Shown one piece after another: positions 20,351 to 31,135 of a stretch of 64,000 nucleotides of DNA. Below the pieces are notes generated by a model. The model did no database searches. It was not told the DNA's origin and saw only the letters and a program-made list of their open reading frames with translations. The position numbers and the translations under genes were made by a program. How positions within the stretch are numbered: position 1 is the first letter of the stretch; the number at the start of each line of letters is the position of its first letter. Origin of the DNA: an uncultured Actinomycetes bacterium (lineage in GTDB: Bacteria > Actinomycetota > Acidimicrobiia > IMCC26256 > PALSA-610); the NCBI GenBank assembly GCA_963784845.1, contig CAWASN010000007.1, forward strand, positions 1,066,168 through 1,130,167, read 5' to 3'.

Positions 20351-21085
20351 TCAGTGCAGATGTAGAGCGAACCAGTCGAGCGCCCGCCGCCACGCGTCGG
20401 CCGCATCGTCGGGCCGGTAGTCGGGCCGCTGGTCGCAATGGAAGCCGTGACCCGCTTCGCCATAGCGCACGATCTCGGTATCGACCTTCGCGTCGCGAAG
20501 CGCGGCGCGGAGTTGTTCGACGTCAGCGACGGGGATCGATCCGTCCTGATCGCCGAACAAGCCGAGCCACGGCGTCTGCAACGACCGGACTTCGCCGATC
20601 AGAGCCGGGAATCTGGGAAAGCGGCCGGTGACGATCCCGCCGCCGTAAAACCCTACGCACGCGCCGAGCGTTCGGCGCGCGGCGATCAGGAAGGAGACGC
20701 GACCACCGAAGCAGAACCCGACCGCGCCGATCCGCGAGTCGGCGTGACCCGCGGCGTGCAGATGGCCGAGCGCGGCATCGACGTCGGTCAGGATCGCGTC
20801 GTCGCTGCCCAGGGCCTGGAAGTACTCCATCACTTGCTCGAACTTGCCGTACTCCACCACGGCCCCCGGTCCCGACCGATGAAAGAAGTCGGGTGCGACT
20901 GCGTGGTAGCCGGCGGCGGCGGCTCGGCGCGTGACGTCTTCGATGTGCGGGTTCACACCGAACGCCTCTTGGACGATGACGATCGCGCCACGGACGTCGC
21001 CCGGCGGCCGGGCTTCGTAGAGTCGCATCGGTCCGTCGGCGGTGTCGACGGTGACGTCTTGTGCGGAGATGCTGGCGTCGTTCAT
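20351..21085 (-). CDS. dienelactone hydrolase family protein
   Basis: ATG 21085 in ORF 20351..21247; nucleophile elbow GFCFGG, C-terminal GAGHGF-type motif (EAGHGFH). Confidence 0.8.
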   Translation of the reverse strand: MNDASISAQDVTVDTADGPMRLYEARPPGDVRGAIVIVQEAFGVNPHIEDVTRRAAAAGYHAVAPDFFHRSGPGAVVEYGKFEQVMEYFQALGSDDAILTDVDAALGHLHAAGHADSRIGAVGFCFGGRVSFLIAARRTLGACVGFYGGGIVTGRFPRFPALIGEVRSLQTPWLGLFGDQDGSIPVADVEQLRAALRDAKVDTEIVRYGEAGHGFHCDQRPDYRPDDAADAWRRALDWFALHLH

Positions 21086-21137
21086 AGCTCGGAAACTACC
21101 GGTCCGCCGCGGTGGCGGTCCGACCGGCCGGGCGCCA

Positions 21138-21629
21138 CTACTCGGCGAAGGGGACGAGCTCGCCGGTGCGCACGTCGAAGATGAATCCGGCGACGACGAC
21201 GCCCGCCGGCACCAACGGGCACGACCGGACGAGCGTGAGATCGGCACGCATCGTCGTGTGCTGGTCGGTGGTGGCGAGGAAGTCCCAGCCGCTCGCGTCG
21301 ACCCCGCTCGCCGCCGTCACCCGCGCTTCGAATTCGGTCTCGGATCGACCGACCATCGCGCAATCGGTGTGGTGCACGACGCAGACGCGATCGACCCGGA
21401 GCAGGTTGACGGCGATCACGAGCGAACGCAAAGCGTCGTCGGTGACGCGCGCGCCGGCGTTGCGGATGATCTTGGCGTCGCCCGGCCGCAGCCCGAGCAT
21501 CGCCAGCGGATCGATGCGGGAGTCGATACACGTCAGGACGGCGAGGCCCTTTGCGGCCGTGCCGGCGACACCGGAATCGTGAAACTCCGAGCGGTAGTGG
21601 CGATTCGCGTCGAGCAGGTCGTCGAACAT
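21138..21629 (-). CDS. beta-class carbonic anhydrase
   Basis: 163 aa; zinc ligand motifs CIDSR and HHTDCAM. Confidence 0.85.
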   Translation of the reverse strand: MFDDLLDANRHYRSEFHDSGVAGTAAKGLAVLTCIDSRIDPLAMLGLRPGDAKIIRNAGARVTDDALRSLVIAVNLLRVDRVCVVHHTDCAMVGRSETEFEARVTAASGVDASGWDFLATTDQHTTMRADLTLVRSCPLVPAGVVVAGFIFDVRTGELVPFAE

Positions 21630-21788
21630 CGCCCCATTCTCTACCAGGCCGAGTCTCGATCAGGCACTTCGATGATCTGATCGATCGACCCGTTGGCGCG
21701 CCGGGTCCCCACGGCCTACCGAGCTCCTGGATGCAGGCGCGCCCCGGTGCGCTACGGTGCCGCCGTCAGTGTCAACGGGAGGAACACA

Positions 21789-21992
21789 ATGAGCTTCCGG
21801 GTTGTCGTCGACTTCGACAAGTGCGAGAGCAATGCCCTGTGCATGGCCGCCGCGCCCGAAGTGTTCGAGGTACGTGAGGACGACTTCTTGTACGTGCTCC
21901 AAGACGAGCCGGCCGACGATCTTCGGGCCAAGTGCGACGAAGCCGCTCGGGTCTGCCCGAAGCAGGCGATCACCATCGTCGACGCCTCCTGA
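21789..21992 (+). CDS. small ferredoxin (single-cluster, 3Fe-4S/4Fe-4S type)
   Basis: ATG 21789 preceded by GGGAGGA; DFDKCESNALCMAAAP...ARVCP cluster motif. Confidence 0.75.
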   Translation: MSFRVVVDFDKCESNALCMAAAPEVFEVREDDFLYVLQDEPADDLRAKCDEAARVCPKQAITIVDAS

Positions 21993-22011
21993 GGACACCC
22001 CGGTGCCCGGC

Positions 22012-22803
22012 ATGGAAGGGATGGCGACGCTGGTCACGGGCGGCGGGAGCGGGATCGGCCTCGGCTGCGCGCAGCGCTTCGCAGCCGACGGCGCCCATGT
22101 GACGATCGCCGGCCGTACCGAGGCACGGCTCGCGGAGGCGGTGGACGAGATCACGGCCGGGGCCGCGGCGGGCGCGTCTGTCCGCTACGTCGTGTGCGAC
22201 GTTACCGACGAGTCCGCCGTCGAGCGTGCTGTCGCCGCCGCAACCGAGCCCACGGGCACCCTCGACGTGCTGTTCGCGTGCGCCGGCGGCTCCTTGCACG
22301 GTGGCGCGATCGTTGCCTCCGACGCCGGTGCCTGGCGAGCCACGATCGACCTCAACCTCGGGGGGACGTTTCTCTGCATCAAGCACGCGGCCGCGGCGAT
22401 GATGCGCGGCCGTGGCGGCTCGATCATCGGCATGTCGTCGATCGCGGGCCATACGACTCACCGGTTCATGAGCGCGTATTGCGCGAGCAAGGCCGGGATC
22501 GAGATGCTCGTCAAGTGCGCGGCCGACGAGCTCGGTGAGCACAACATTCGCGTCAACGCGGTGCAGCCGGGGATCGTCGACACCGAGCTGATGGCATTCA
22601 TCACCGCGGGCGGGCCGATTCTCGACAGTTACCGCATGAACATGCCGGTCTCGCGTGTCGGGACGGTCGACGACATCGCCGCGGCTGTTCGTTACCTCGC
22701 CGGTCCGGAATCGACGTGGGTCACGGGGCAGATGCTCGGGATCGACGGCGGCCATCAACTCCGGGCGGGTCCCGACTACGGCTCCGTGTTGGGGGCCTCG
22801 TGA
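22012..22803 (+). CDS. SDR family oxidoreductase
   Basis: ATG 22012 in ORF 21802..22803; TGGGSGIG and YCASKAG motifs. Confidence 0.8.
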   Translation: MEGMATLVTGGGSGIGLGCAQRFAADGAHVTIAGRTEARLAEAVDEITAGAAAGASVRYVVCDVTDESAVERAVAAATEPTGTLDVLFACAGGSLHGGAIVASDAGAWRATIDLNLGGTFLCIKHAAAAMMRGRGGSIIGMSSIAGHTTHRFMSAYCASKAGIEMLVKCAADELGEHNIRVNAVQPGIVDTELMAFITAGGPILDSYRMNMPVSRVGTVDDIAAAVRYLAGPESTWVTGQMLGIDGGHQLRAGPDYGSVLGAS

Positions 22804-22817
22804 TGAACGGCTGACCA

Positions 22818-24038
22818 GTGGATTTCGAAGAGACCGAAGAAGAGGTCGCGTTCCGGGTCGAGGTGCGAGCATGGCTCGACGCGCATGCCAAGCGGCGGGA
22901 GCCGGGCGAGCAATCGGATCATTCCTACATGCCCGGCGACGGTGACCCGGACGCCGACGACCGTCATGTCGCGGCCTGCAAAGAATGGCAGCGCATCGTC
23001 TACGACGGAGGATGGGCCGGTATCACCTGGCCTGTCGAAGCCGGTGGACGCGGCGGACCCGGTTGGCAGGCCCGCATCTTCAACGAGGAGCAGTCGCGCT
23101 ACAACGTCGCCACCGGCGTGTTCGCGGTCGGCATCGCCATGGCCGGTCCGACGATCATCGCTTGGGGCACGCCCGAGCAACAGGAGCGTTTCCTTCCCGC
23201 GATGCTGCGCGGCGACGAGGTGTGGTGCCAGTTGTTCTCCGAGCCGGGCGCGGGCTCCGACCTCGCCGGGCTGCGCACGAGGGCCGAGCGCGACGGCGAC
23301 GAATGGACGATCAACGGGCAGAAGGTGTGGACGTCGGGCGCGCACTACAGCGACTGGGGGCTGCTGCTCGCGCGTAGCGATCCCGACGCGCCGAAGCACA
23401 AGGGAATTACCGCCTTCCTTCTCGACATGCGGACCCCCGGCATCGACGTGCGCCCGCTGCGCCAGATCAACGGTGCTTCGCACTTCAACGAGGTCTTCCT
23501 CACCGATGTGCGCGTTCCCGACGCCATGCGTCTCGGCGCGCCCGGCAACGGTTGGCGCGCGGCCAACACGATGCTGTCGAACGAACGGGCGATGATCGGT
23601 GGCGGTGGGCGGGTGGGATTTCGTGATCTCGTCGCGCTCGCACAGCGGTGCGGCGCGAACGACGACGTCGTGCTGCGTCAGGAGCTTGCACGCAGCTACA
23701 CCCGGACGCAGCTCATCAAGTGGCTCGGCCTGCGGGCCCGGAGCCGCAAGGACGGTGGCCTCGGTCCGGAAGCATCGGTGTTGAAGCTGGCCGCATCGCG
23801 ACGACTCGAGCACGACGGGGACCTCGTCATGGAGCTCCAGGGCGCGCAGTCGATGCTCTACGACGACGACGCGATCCAGCACGGCTACTGGCAGCAGCAA
23901 TTCCTCGGTCAGTGGAGTAGTCGCATCGGCGGTGGCACCGAGCAGATCCAGCGCAACGTGATCGGCGAGCGCGTGCTGGGCCTTCCGAGCGAGCCCCGCC
24001 CGGGCAAGGACACGCCCTTTCGCGATCTTCCCTCGTAG
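22818..24038 (+). CDS. acyl-CoA dehydrogenase
   Basis: 406 aa, GTG start; ACAD N-terminal, middle and C-terminal domain pattern (WCQLFSEPGAGSDLAGL, GGGTEQIQRNVIGERVLGLP). Confidence 0.85.
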   Translation: MDFEETEEEVAFRVEVRAWLDAHAKRREPGEQSDHSYMPGDGDPDADDRHVAACKEWQRIVYDGGWAGITWPVEAGGRGGPGWQARIFNEEQSRYNVATGVFAVGIAMAGPTIIAWGTPEQQERFLPAMLRGDEVWCQLFSEPGAGSDLAGLRTRAERDGDEWTINGQKVWTSGAHYSDWGLLLARSDPDAPKHKGITAFLLDMRTPGIDVRPLRQINGASHFNEVFLTDVRVPDAMRLGAPGNGWRAANTMLSNERAMIGGGGRVGFRDLVALAQRCGANDDVVLRQELARSYTRTQLIKWLGLRARSRKDGGLGPEASVLKLAASRRLEHDGDLVMELQGAQSMLYDDDAIQHGYWQQQFLGQWSSRIGGGTEQIQRNVIGERVLGLPSEPRPGKDTPFRDLPS

Positions 24039-24111
24039 TCGCCGCCCGCACCGACGTCGTCACCGGAGTGGCCACCGGCGTCGGGCGGGAGGTCTGGGCC
24101 AGACTCCACCC

Positions 24112-24393
24112 ATGCGGCTCGACGACTTCCAGGCTCTGATGGCAAGCACTTACGGGGCGCGTGACCGGGCCCGAGGTGTCGACGCGACGGTCGCCTGGTT
24201 GGCCGAAGAGCTGGGCGAGCTCGCGGAGGCTGTCCGCAAGGGCACGCGCGAGGAACAGCTCCACGAGATCGGCGATCTGCTCGCCTGGCTGGCCTCCCTG
24301 ACCGACCAGCTCGGCCTGTCGCTCGACGATGCCGCAGCCCGGTATCGATCGGGCTGCCCGCATTGCCTCGCGACGCCGTGTGCCTGCCCGTGA
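24112..24393 (+). CDS. MazG-like nucleotide pyrophosphohydrolase domain protein
   Basis: 93 aa; LAEELGELAEAV...EIGDLLAWL helix pair; Cys-rich tail CPHCLATPCAC. Confidence 0.6.
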   Translation: MRLDDFQALMASTYGARDRARGVDATVAWLAEELGELAEAVRKGTREEQLHEIGDLLAWLASLTDQLGLSLDDAAARYRSGCPHCLATPCACP

Positions 24394-24476
24394 TCGGCGC
24401 GCGGGCCGCGCCGCCTGCCGAGCCGGGGTGGGCGGTACCCTCCGTCGGTCTGGGGCGCACGCCCTCGGGAGGTGCG

Positions 24477-25880
24477 GTGCGAATTATCGTTGTGGGCGGC
24501 GGGATCGCCGGCCTCGGGACCGCGCTCGCGTGCGCGCGCGCCGGGCACGAGGTAACGGTGCTGGAACGCGACGACACGCCGATGCCGCGCGATCCCGATG
24601 CCGCGTTCGAGTGGCAACGGACGGGCGCGCCGCAGGTGCGACACTCGCATGCCTTTCTCGCGCGGCTGCGCAACCTGTTGCGCGAGCGCGCGCCCGATGT
24701 GCTCGAAGCGCTGTTCGCCGCGGGCGCGAGCGAGATCGAGTTCACCGCGAACCTGCCCGAGACGCTGACCGACCGGTCACACCGTGACGGCGACGAGGAG
24801 CTGGTGGCGCTGGCGTGCCGGCGGACCACCTTCGAGTGGGTGTTGCGGCGACTCGTGCTCGCAGAGCCGGGAGTCGCGATCGAGCACGGAGTGGCCGCGA
24901 CCGCGCTCGATGCCCGGAAGGGCACGATTCCCACGGTCGTCGGAGTCGACGGCAGGCCCGCCGATCTCGTGGTCGATGCGCGCGGTCCACGCTCCTCGTC
25001 GGCGGAGTGGCTCGCCGCGATCGGCGCCGAGCCCGTCGAAGAGGAGCTGCACGAGAGCGGCATCGTGTATTTCTCCCGCTTCTACCGCGTCGGGAAAGGC
25101 CGGGAGATGCCGCCGTACATCGGGCCCACCGCGGCCGACCTCGGCTACCTCAAGTATGCGATCTTCCTCGGCGACAACCGAACCTTCTCGATCACGTACG
25201 CGATCGAGAGCCACGACGACGAGCTGCGGCGGGCGCTCGCGACGAACGATGGCTTCGAGAGTGTCGCGCGGTCGCTCGTCGCCACCGCACCGTGGCGCGA
25301 GGCGGGCGTGGCCGATCCGCTGACCGCCGTCCATGTCATGGCGGGCCTACGCAATCGGTTCCGACCGCTGGTGCGTGCCGACGGCACGGCGCTCGTCCAT
25401 GGGTTCCTCGCGGTCGGCGACGCCGCGCTTTGCACCAACCCTCTGTACGGTCGCGGGTGCAGCCTCGCGTTCGTGCACGCCTTCGGGCTGGCCGACGTAT
25501 TGCGCGACCACGGCGATGATCTCGACGCGCTCACAAGAGAGTTCGCGGCGTTCACCGTTCGCGAGTTGGTGCCGTGGTTCCGTTCCGCAGTGCTACAGGA
25601 CACCGAAGCCCGGGCCATGCACGCGGATCTTGCCCCCGACGATCCGCGCGCCTTCATGCAGGCCGTGTTTCGCGAGGGGCTCCTCCCTGCGATGCGGACT
25701 TCGCCCGTGGTGTTCCGGGCGTTCTTGCGTTGGTTCAACTTGCTCGTCACGCCCGACGCGCTGATGGCCGATCCCGAGATCGTCGGCGAGGTCCTCGCCG
25801 TGTACCAAGACCGCGACCACGGCCCGGAACCTCCGGTGCTCGGACCCGACCGCGACGGGCTGCTGCTCCAGTTGCGGTAG
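24477..25880 (+). CDS. FAD-dependent oxidoreductase
   Basis: GTG 24477 six nt after GGGAGG; Rossmann IIVVGGGIAGLGTALACARAGHEVTVLER. Confidence 0.7.
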   Translation: MRIIVVGGGIAGLGTALACARAGHEVTVLERDDTPMPRDPDAAFEWQRTGAPQVRHSHAFLARLRNLLRERAPDVLEALFAAGASEIEFTANLPETLTDRSHRDGDEELVALACRRTTFEWVLRRLVLAEPGVAIEHGVAATALDARKGTIPTVVGVDGRPADLVVDARGPRSSSAEWLAAIGAEPVEEELHESGIVYFSRFYRVGKGREMPPYIGPTAADLGYLKYAIFLGDNRTFSITYAIESHDDELRRALATNDGFESVARSLVATAPWREAGVADPLTAVHVMAGLRNRFRPLVRADGTALVHGFLAVGDAALCTNPLYGRGCSLAFVHAFGLADVLRDHGDDLDALTREFAAFTVRELVPWFRSAVLQDTEARAMHADLAPDDPRAFMQAVFREGLLPAMRTSPVVFRAFLRWFNLLVTPDALMADPEIVGEVLAVYQDRDHGPEPPVLGPDRDGLLLQLR

Positions 25881-25886
25881 CCGGGC

Positions 25887-26960
25887 TCAGTAGGCCAAGA
25901 GCGCGCGGAGGTCGCGCTCGACGTCGGCCGCCTGCGGCAGGATCGCATTCTCCAGGCCGGGCTCGTACGCGCAGAACGTGTCGGTCGCCGCGACCCGCCA
26001 TACCGGCGCGTCGAGGTACTCGAAGCACTCGTCCGCGACGAACGCCGCGACTTCGGCGCCGAAGCCGCACGTGAGCGTGTCCTCGTGGACCACGAGGACG
26101 CGGCCCGTCTTGCGGACTGATGTGGCGACGATCTCGCGGTCCCAGGGTGCGATGGTCCGTAGGTCGATGATCTCGATCCCCGCATCGGGGCCCAGCGCCT
26201 TCGGCCGCGATCGGGCCCGGTGCACGGTGGCGCCCTAGGTCACCACGGTCGCGCGATCTCCCCGCGTGACGCAGGTGCCCTTGCCGAACGGCAACATCCA
26301 ATCGGGGGGTGGGAACGCGTCGCGGTTGTAGCCCTGGCGGTAGAGATGCTTGTGCTCGAGGAACAGCACGGGATCGTCGCATCGAAACGACGTACGAAGC
26401 AGACCGGCCGCGTCGGCGGCGCGCGTGACGGGAACGACGATAATGATCCCGGTACGTGGGCGAAGATGGACTCGCCGCGACTGGCTGTGGTACATGGCTC
26501 CACCCTGGAGATACCCGCCGATGGCTATGCGCACGACCTTGGGCACGTGAAGGTGCCGTTCGACCTCCAGCGGGTCGTCGCGGCTTCGAACTTGAGCTGA
26601 TTCATCGCCGGCCATACGTAGTCGAAGAACTGGATCTCCGCGCACGGGCTCAGCCCTCGCATCGCCTGGCCGACGGCCCGCCCGACGATGTTGGCCTCTG
26701 CCAAAGGCGTATTGAAGCATCGCGGCGACGCCGAACGCGCGTTGGAGGCCGAACGTCATGCCGAACACGCCGCCTTTCCCGGCACTTCGTCGAGACGTGC
26801 GGCTCGGCGTCGGCGACGTCCTCGCCGAACACGCGGATCCGTTCGTCGGTTGCCATCTGCTCGTGCAGCGTGAGCCGGATGGCCTCGCCGAACGTCACGC
26901 CGTCGTTCTCGCCTCCGGCGGCGGTGGCGGATCTCGCGGTCACGGGATGGTCGGGCAGCG
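25887..26960 (-). pseudogene. 2-oxoacid dehydrogenase E1 beta subunit, multiply frameshifted
   Basis: C-terminus in ORF 25887..26225 ([13 protein letters not shown]...), middle in 26235..26768 (DPVLFLEHKHLY), N-terminus in 26650..27255 (VTFGEAIRLTLHEQMATDERIRVFGEDVAD). Upper boundary approximate. Confidence 0.7.
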
Positions 26961-27980
26961 AGCACATGGTCGAGGACCGGGATGGGTGCGGGCCGGGCCA
27001 TCCCGACCACCGATTCCGCGGCCGCGCGGCACGGCTCCTTCGCGTCCGACGCGGATCTGCTCGGCGACTTCGGCCGTGATCGCATCCCGCCAGCATCAGC
27101 CGTGCTCGAGCGCAGGACCGGGTCGTGCTCGCGCTCCTCGGCGAGCTCTGCGGCCGGCGGTACTTCTTCTGGTCGTCGGCGGGCGAATGGGAGTAGGGCC
27201 GGGTGACGAGGGCGTGGACGAGGCCCGGCCCCTCGCCGGCGCGCACGTGGGCCACGGCGTTCGCACCCTAACGGCGGGCCTGGAAGTAGTCGCGCCCGTC
27301 GATCTTGTGACGCCAACCCCCGGAAGCCCCGAACCATCTCCGAGATGGGTGCGGGATGCTGGTCGTCGGCCCGCACCGAGATGGCGTAGCCGTTGTCGGC
27401 GACGACGAAGAGCACCGGCAGGTGAAGGCGGCAGTTGCGGTATTCAACGCCTCCCAGAACTCGCCTTCCGACGTCGCTCCCTCGCCGAGCGAGACATAGG
27501 TGAGCTCGTCGCCGAGCGCTGAGCCCGGGGAGGTGGGGCCGGCGACCGATGTAGCGGGTCGGCTTCTGCGCAGCCCACCGCCGGGAGACACTGGCGCCGG
27601 TGACGGAGGACTGGCTCACGATCTGCAAGGCGCGGTTGCCCCAGTGGCACGGCATCTGGCGGCCTCCCGAAGAAGGGCACGGCGGCCGAGCCGACGGCCT
27701 GCAGCAGTATCTCACGCGGGGTGACGCCCAGCGCGAGCGCCAGCGCGCGGTCGCGGTAGTAGGGGAAGAACCAGTCGTAGCCCGGCCGCAGCGACCGGGC
27801 GAGCCCGAGCAGCAGTGCCTCGTGGCCCGCGCCCGAGATCTGGAAGAAGACGCGGTTCTGTTACGGAGGGCGATCTCGCGGTCGTCGCACGGGCGGCGAG
27901 ACCAGCGCGAGCCCGAAGTCGTCGATCGCCTCCGCGAGGTTCGCGGTGTCGAGTGATCGGTGGAGTGCGGCGTCGGGCAC
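26961..27980 (-). pseudogene. 2-oxoacid dehydrogenase E1 alpha subunit, multiply frameshifted
   Basis: Fragments in several minus frames: GHEALLLGLARSLRPGYDWFFPYYRDRALAL, LTYVSLGEGATSEGEFWEALN, LPVLFVVADNGYAISV, RPYSHSPADDQKKYR. Candidate GTG at 27980. Confidence 0.65.
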
Positions 27981-28014
27981 TGTGCGCCAGTGTACGGCGT
28001 ACGCTGGTGTGCGG

Positions 28015-28876
28015 TGACGGAGTACCTGATCCTGCCCTGGCGCCGACGCGCAGCCCGCGACGCCGCGGGGTTCGTTTCGCCGGCTGTGCGCGTGCTCGCC
28101 CGCGAACGCGGAGTCGACCCCGGGGCGTTGATCGGGAGCGGGAGCGGCGGCCGCGTCACCCGGGACGACATCTTGGACGCGGCGGCGTGGTACCGACGCC
28201 CGCGACGAGGTGATCCCGTTCGGCACCGTCAGGCGCCGGACCGCCATCGGACTGCTCGCGTCGAAGGGCACCGTCGCGCACGCCCTCGCCGCCGTCGCTG
28301 CCGACTACTCCGCAGTCGAGGCCGCGCGGCAATCGGAGCGCCTCACGGCGCTGCCGTTCGTCGCCCGGGCGGTTGTCGACGCGCTCCGGGAGTTCCCGAT
28401 GATGAACGCGAGCGTGAATGACGATGGCACCGCGGTGGTGAGACATCGAGGTGTGCATCTCGGCATCGCGGTCGATCTCGATTTCGAAGGCCTCGTCGTC
28501 CCCGTCGTGCGCGACGCCGACGGTCTGCGCCTCCGCGCGCTGGCCGCGGCGATTCGTGATCTCGCGGCGACGGGCCCGGGCCCGGAAGCTCGGTCCCGAC
28601 GACCTCGCGGGGGGCACCTTCACGATCACCAATCCCGGCGCGTCCGGCACGTGGATCTCCTTCCCGGTCATCAACCGCCCGCAGGTCGGGATCCTCGCGA
28701 CCGACGGCGTGACCAAGCAGGTCGTCGCCGACGACCGCGGCCGTCTCGCCGTCGCTCCCATCGGTCATCTCTGTTGTGCGTTCGATCACCGCGCGGTCGA
28801 CGGCGCCTACGCGGGTGCGTTCGTCGGCCGGGTCCGGGAGATCGTGGAGACGCGCGACTGGCTCAGGGAACTCTGA
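28015..28876 (+). pseudogene. 2-oxoacid dehydrogenase E2 acyltransferase remnant (E3-binding plus catalytic domains, no lipoyl domain, two frameshifts)
   Basis: VSPAVRVLARERGVDPGALIGSGSGGRVTRDDI (ORF 27960..28421), catalytic domain in 28210..29013 then 28451..28876 (TFTITNPG, FDHRAVDG). Shifts near 28200 and 28575. Confidence 0.7.
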
Positions 28877-30045
28877 CGGTCAGCCGGGCGGGATCCTCGA
28901 CATCGGTTGGTTTGCAGCCGGGCGGCCCGGTCACCGGGTCGCAGCGGGCGGGAGTTCCGCCGGGGATCTTTGTGGTGTACCCGTTGTGGAGCATCGGGTC
29001 CGGCTGCTCGTAGTCGGTGCTCACGAGTTGCGCGCCGCTGTTGAGGGCGACCTGCTCGTCGTGGTGATTGTTTGCCCGTGCCTCGACCGTGTCGGCGTCC
29101 GCCCGGGTACGCACGATCATGTGCGCGGCGAGCGCGGCTTTGATCTTCGACAGGTCACCCACGGCGTCGTTCAACTTCGCGTAGGCGGCGTCGTCTTGTC
29201 CGGGCGACGACGGTGTGAAGAGCAACCGGCCGCGAAGCGACGGATGCCCGTCCAGGTACGCGGTGCGGAACCCCTCGTTGTCGAGAGTGAAGTACACCTT
29301 GGCGCGCACCTTGGCGAGCGTCGGCCAGCCGTGCGCGCGCGAACGGCCGCACCGAGCGTCGGGGCGTTGGCACGCACGTCGTCGGGCGTGATGATCTCGT
29401 TGCGGGGAAAGACCGACAGGATTTCCTTCTCGAGCTCTGCAAACAGCGGTTCGGTGGCCTTGTCGTCCTTCATCTCTACGTGGATGTCGATCGGGACGTG
29501 ACTCGGGTGCGCGTCGGACCACGTCTTCACGAGCCGGATGCACGACACGAAGGTCAGGCACGTCGAGTTCGTGTCGACGTCGGCTTGATGGATGACCTTG
29601 AATCCGGGCCGGCGCATCACGGGGTTGTCCGGGATCTTGACGCCTTCTTGGATCGGGAACGACGGCTTGGCGTACTTGCCGCCCAACGGGTCGGACCACA
29701 CGTCGAGCTCGATCTGGCGCACACCGATGTCGAACTGTTGCGGCAGCGGTGCGTGGGCGTAGTCGAGGGTGCGTGCGAGAGCGGGTGTCGACTTGTACAG
29801 CGCTGCCAGAACCTGGGGATACGGCCGGCCGTGGTAGCTGTTGTGCGAGCCGAGGACCTGGATCTGATCCATCCGCAGCGTGTCGTCGAGCCGGTAGGCG
29901 CGAGGGTCGATGTCGTGGGTCCTGACGGCGAGGTCGCCTCGACCGCGGGCGCCGAGTCGCCGCTTCCGCCACCACTGCACCCGCTGACGAGGAGCACGAC
30001 GAGGACCGCGAGAACCGAGGTGCGGGGCCGCATGGGTCGGAGCAT
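28863..30045 (-). pseudogene. phosphatidylinositol-specific phospholipase C-like lipoprotein, two frameshifts
   Basis: Signal and lipobox (LLVSGCSGG) in ORF 29617..30591, catalytic part with GSHNSYH in 29171..30331, C-terminus in 28863..29975. Shifts near 29930 and 29340. Confidence 0.6.
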
Positions 30046-30108
30046 AGGATCCGGGTCGGACGCTTGGCGGTGGAGATCGAACGGAGTTGCAGTGGAGGCG
30101 GAGTTGCG

Positions 30109-30306
30109 ATGAAGGTCCGCGTGGATCTCGATCTGTGCGTCGGCCACGGTCGCTGCTACGTACTGGCGCCCGACGTGTTCGCGTCCGACGATTTCGGCCA
30201 TTGCGAGCTCCTCGTCTCCGAGGTCGAGGGCACGCTCGCCGAGCAGGCTCGCGTCGGTGCCGAGAATTGCCCTGAGCGGGCGATCTCCCTGGAGGGCTCC
30301 GAATGA
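30109..30306 (+). CDS. small ferredoxin
   Basis: ATG 30109 after GGAGG at 30093-30097; DLDLCVGHGRCYVLAP...ENCP cluster motif. Confidence 0.7.
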   Translation: MKVRVDLDLCVGHGRCYVLAPDVFASDDFGHCELLVSEVEGTLAEQARVGAENCPERAISLEGSE

Positions 30307-31132
30307 ACGACGTGCTGCAGTACTCGGGCAAGCGGGTGATCGTGACGGGCGCGGCGTCGGGAATGGGCGCCGCGACCGCACAGATCCTCGTCGATCTCGG
30401 GCGCCGAGGTGCACACGATCGACATCAACAAGCCCGAGGTCACGGGTCTGGCGAGCTTCACCCGGACCGACCTTCGCGAGCCGGCGGAGATCGACGACGC
30501 TGTCGCCAAGATCGGCAAGATCGTCAACGCGTTGTTCAACTGCGCAGGTGTTCCCAACACGTTCTCCGACGCTCGACGTGATGCTCGTCAACTTCTGCGG
30601 CCTGCGTCAGATCACCGAGGCCGTGGTCCCGCTGATGATCGAGGGTTCCTCGATCGCCAGCATCGCGTCGACCGCGGGCATCGGCTGGATGCAGAACATG
30701 GAGACCTTGTTCGGTCTCGTCATGACGCCCGATTTCGACGCCGCTCGCGCCTGGTGTGAGGAGCATCCGAAGGAGCTGCGCAACGCTTACGGCCTCTCGA
30801 AGGAAGCCATCAACCTCTATACGGCGTTCCGCTCCTTCAACCTCGCCAAGGATGGGATCCGGATCAACTGCGTGAACCCGGGCCCGACCGACACGCCGAT
30901 GATGCCCGAGTTCGAAAAGGCGATCGGCAAGCGGTACATGGACGAGTTCCCGGTCCCGCTCGGACGTCACGCGGTCGCCGGGGAGCAGGCCTGGCCGATG
31001 GTGTTCCTGAACAGCCCGCGTTCGTCGTTCGTCACGGGGCACCAACTCGATTGCGACGGCGGCTTCAAAGGAGGCATGTTCACCGGCCAGATCGACCCGT
31101 CGGTGTTGATGCCCGAAGGCATGGGCGACTGA
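30303..31132 (+). pseudogene. SDR family oxidoreductase, two frameshifts
   Basis: VTGAASGMG in ORF 30303..30581, middle in 30409..30759, C-terminal two thirds in 30257..31132 (YGLSKEA, NCVNPGPTDTPM). Confidence 0.7.
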
Positions 31133-31135
31133 CAG

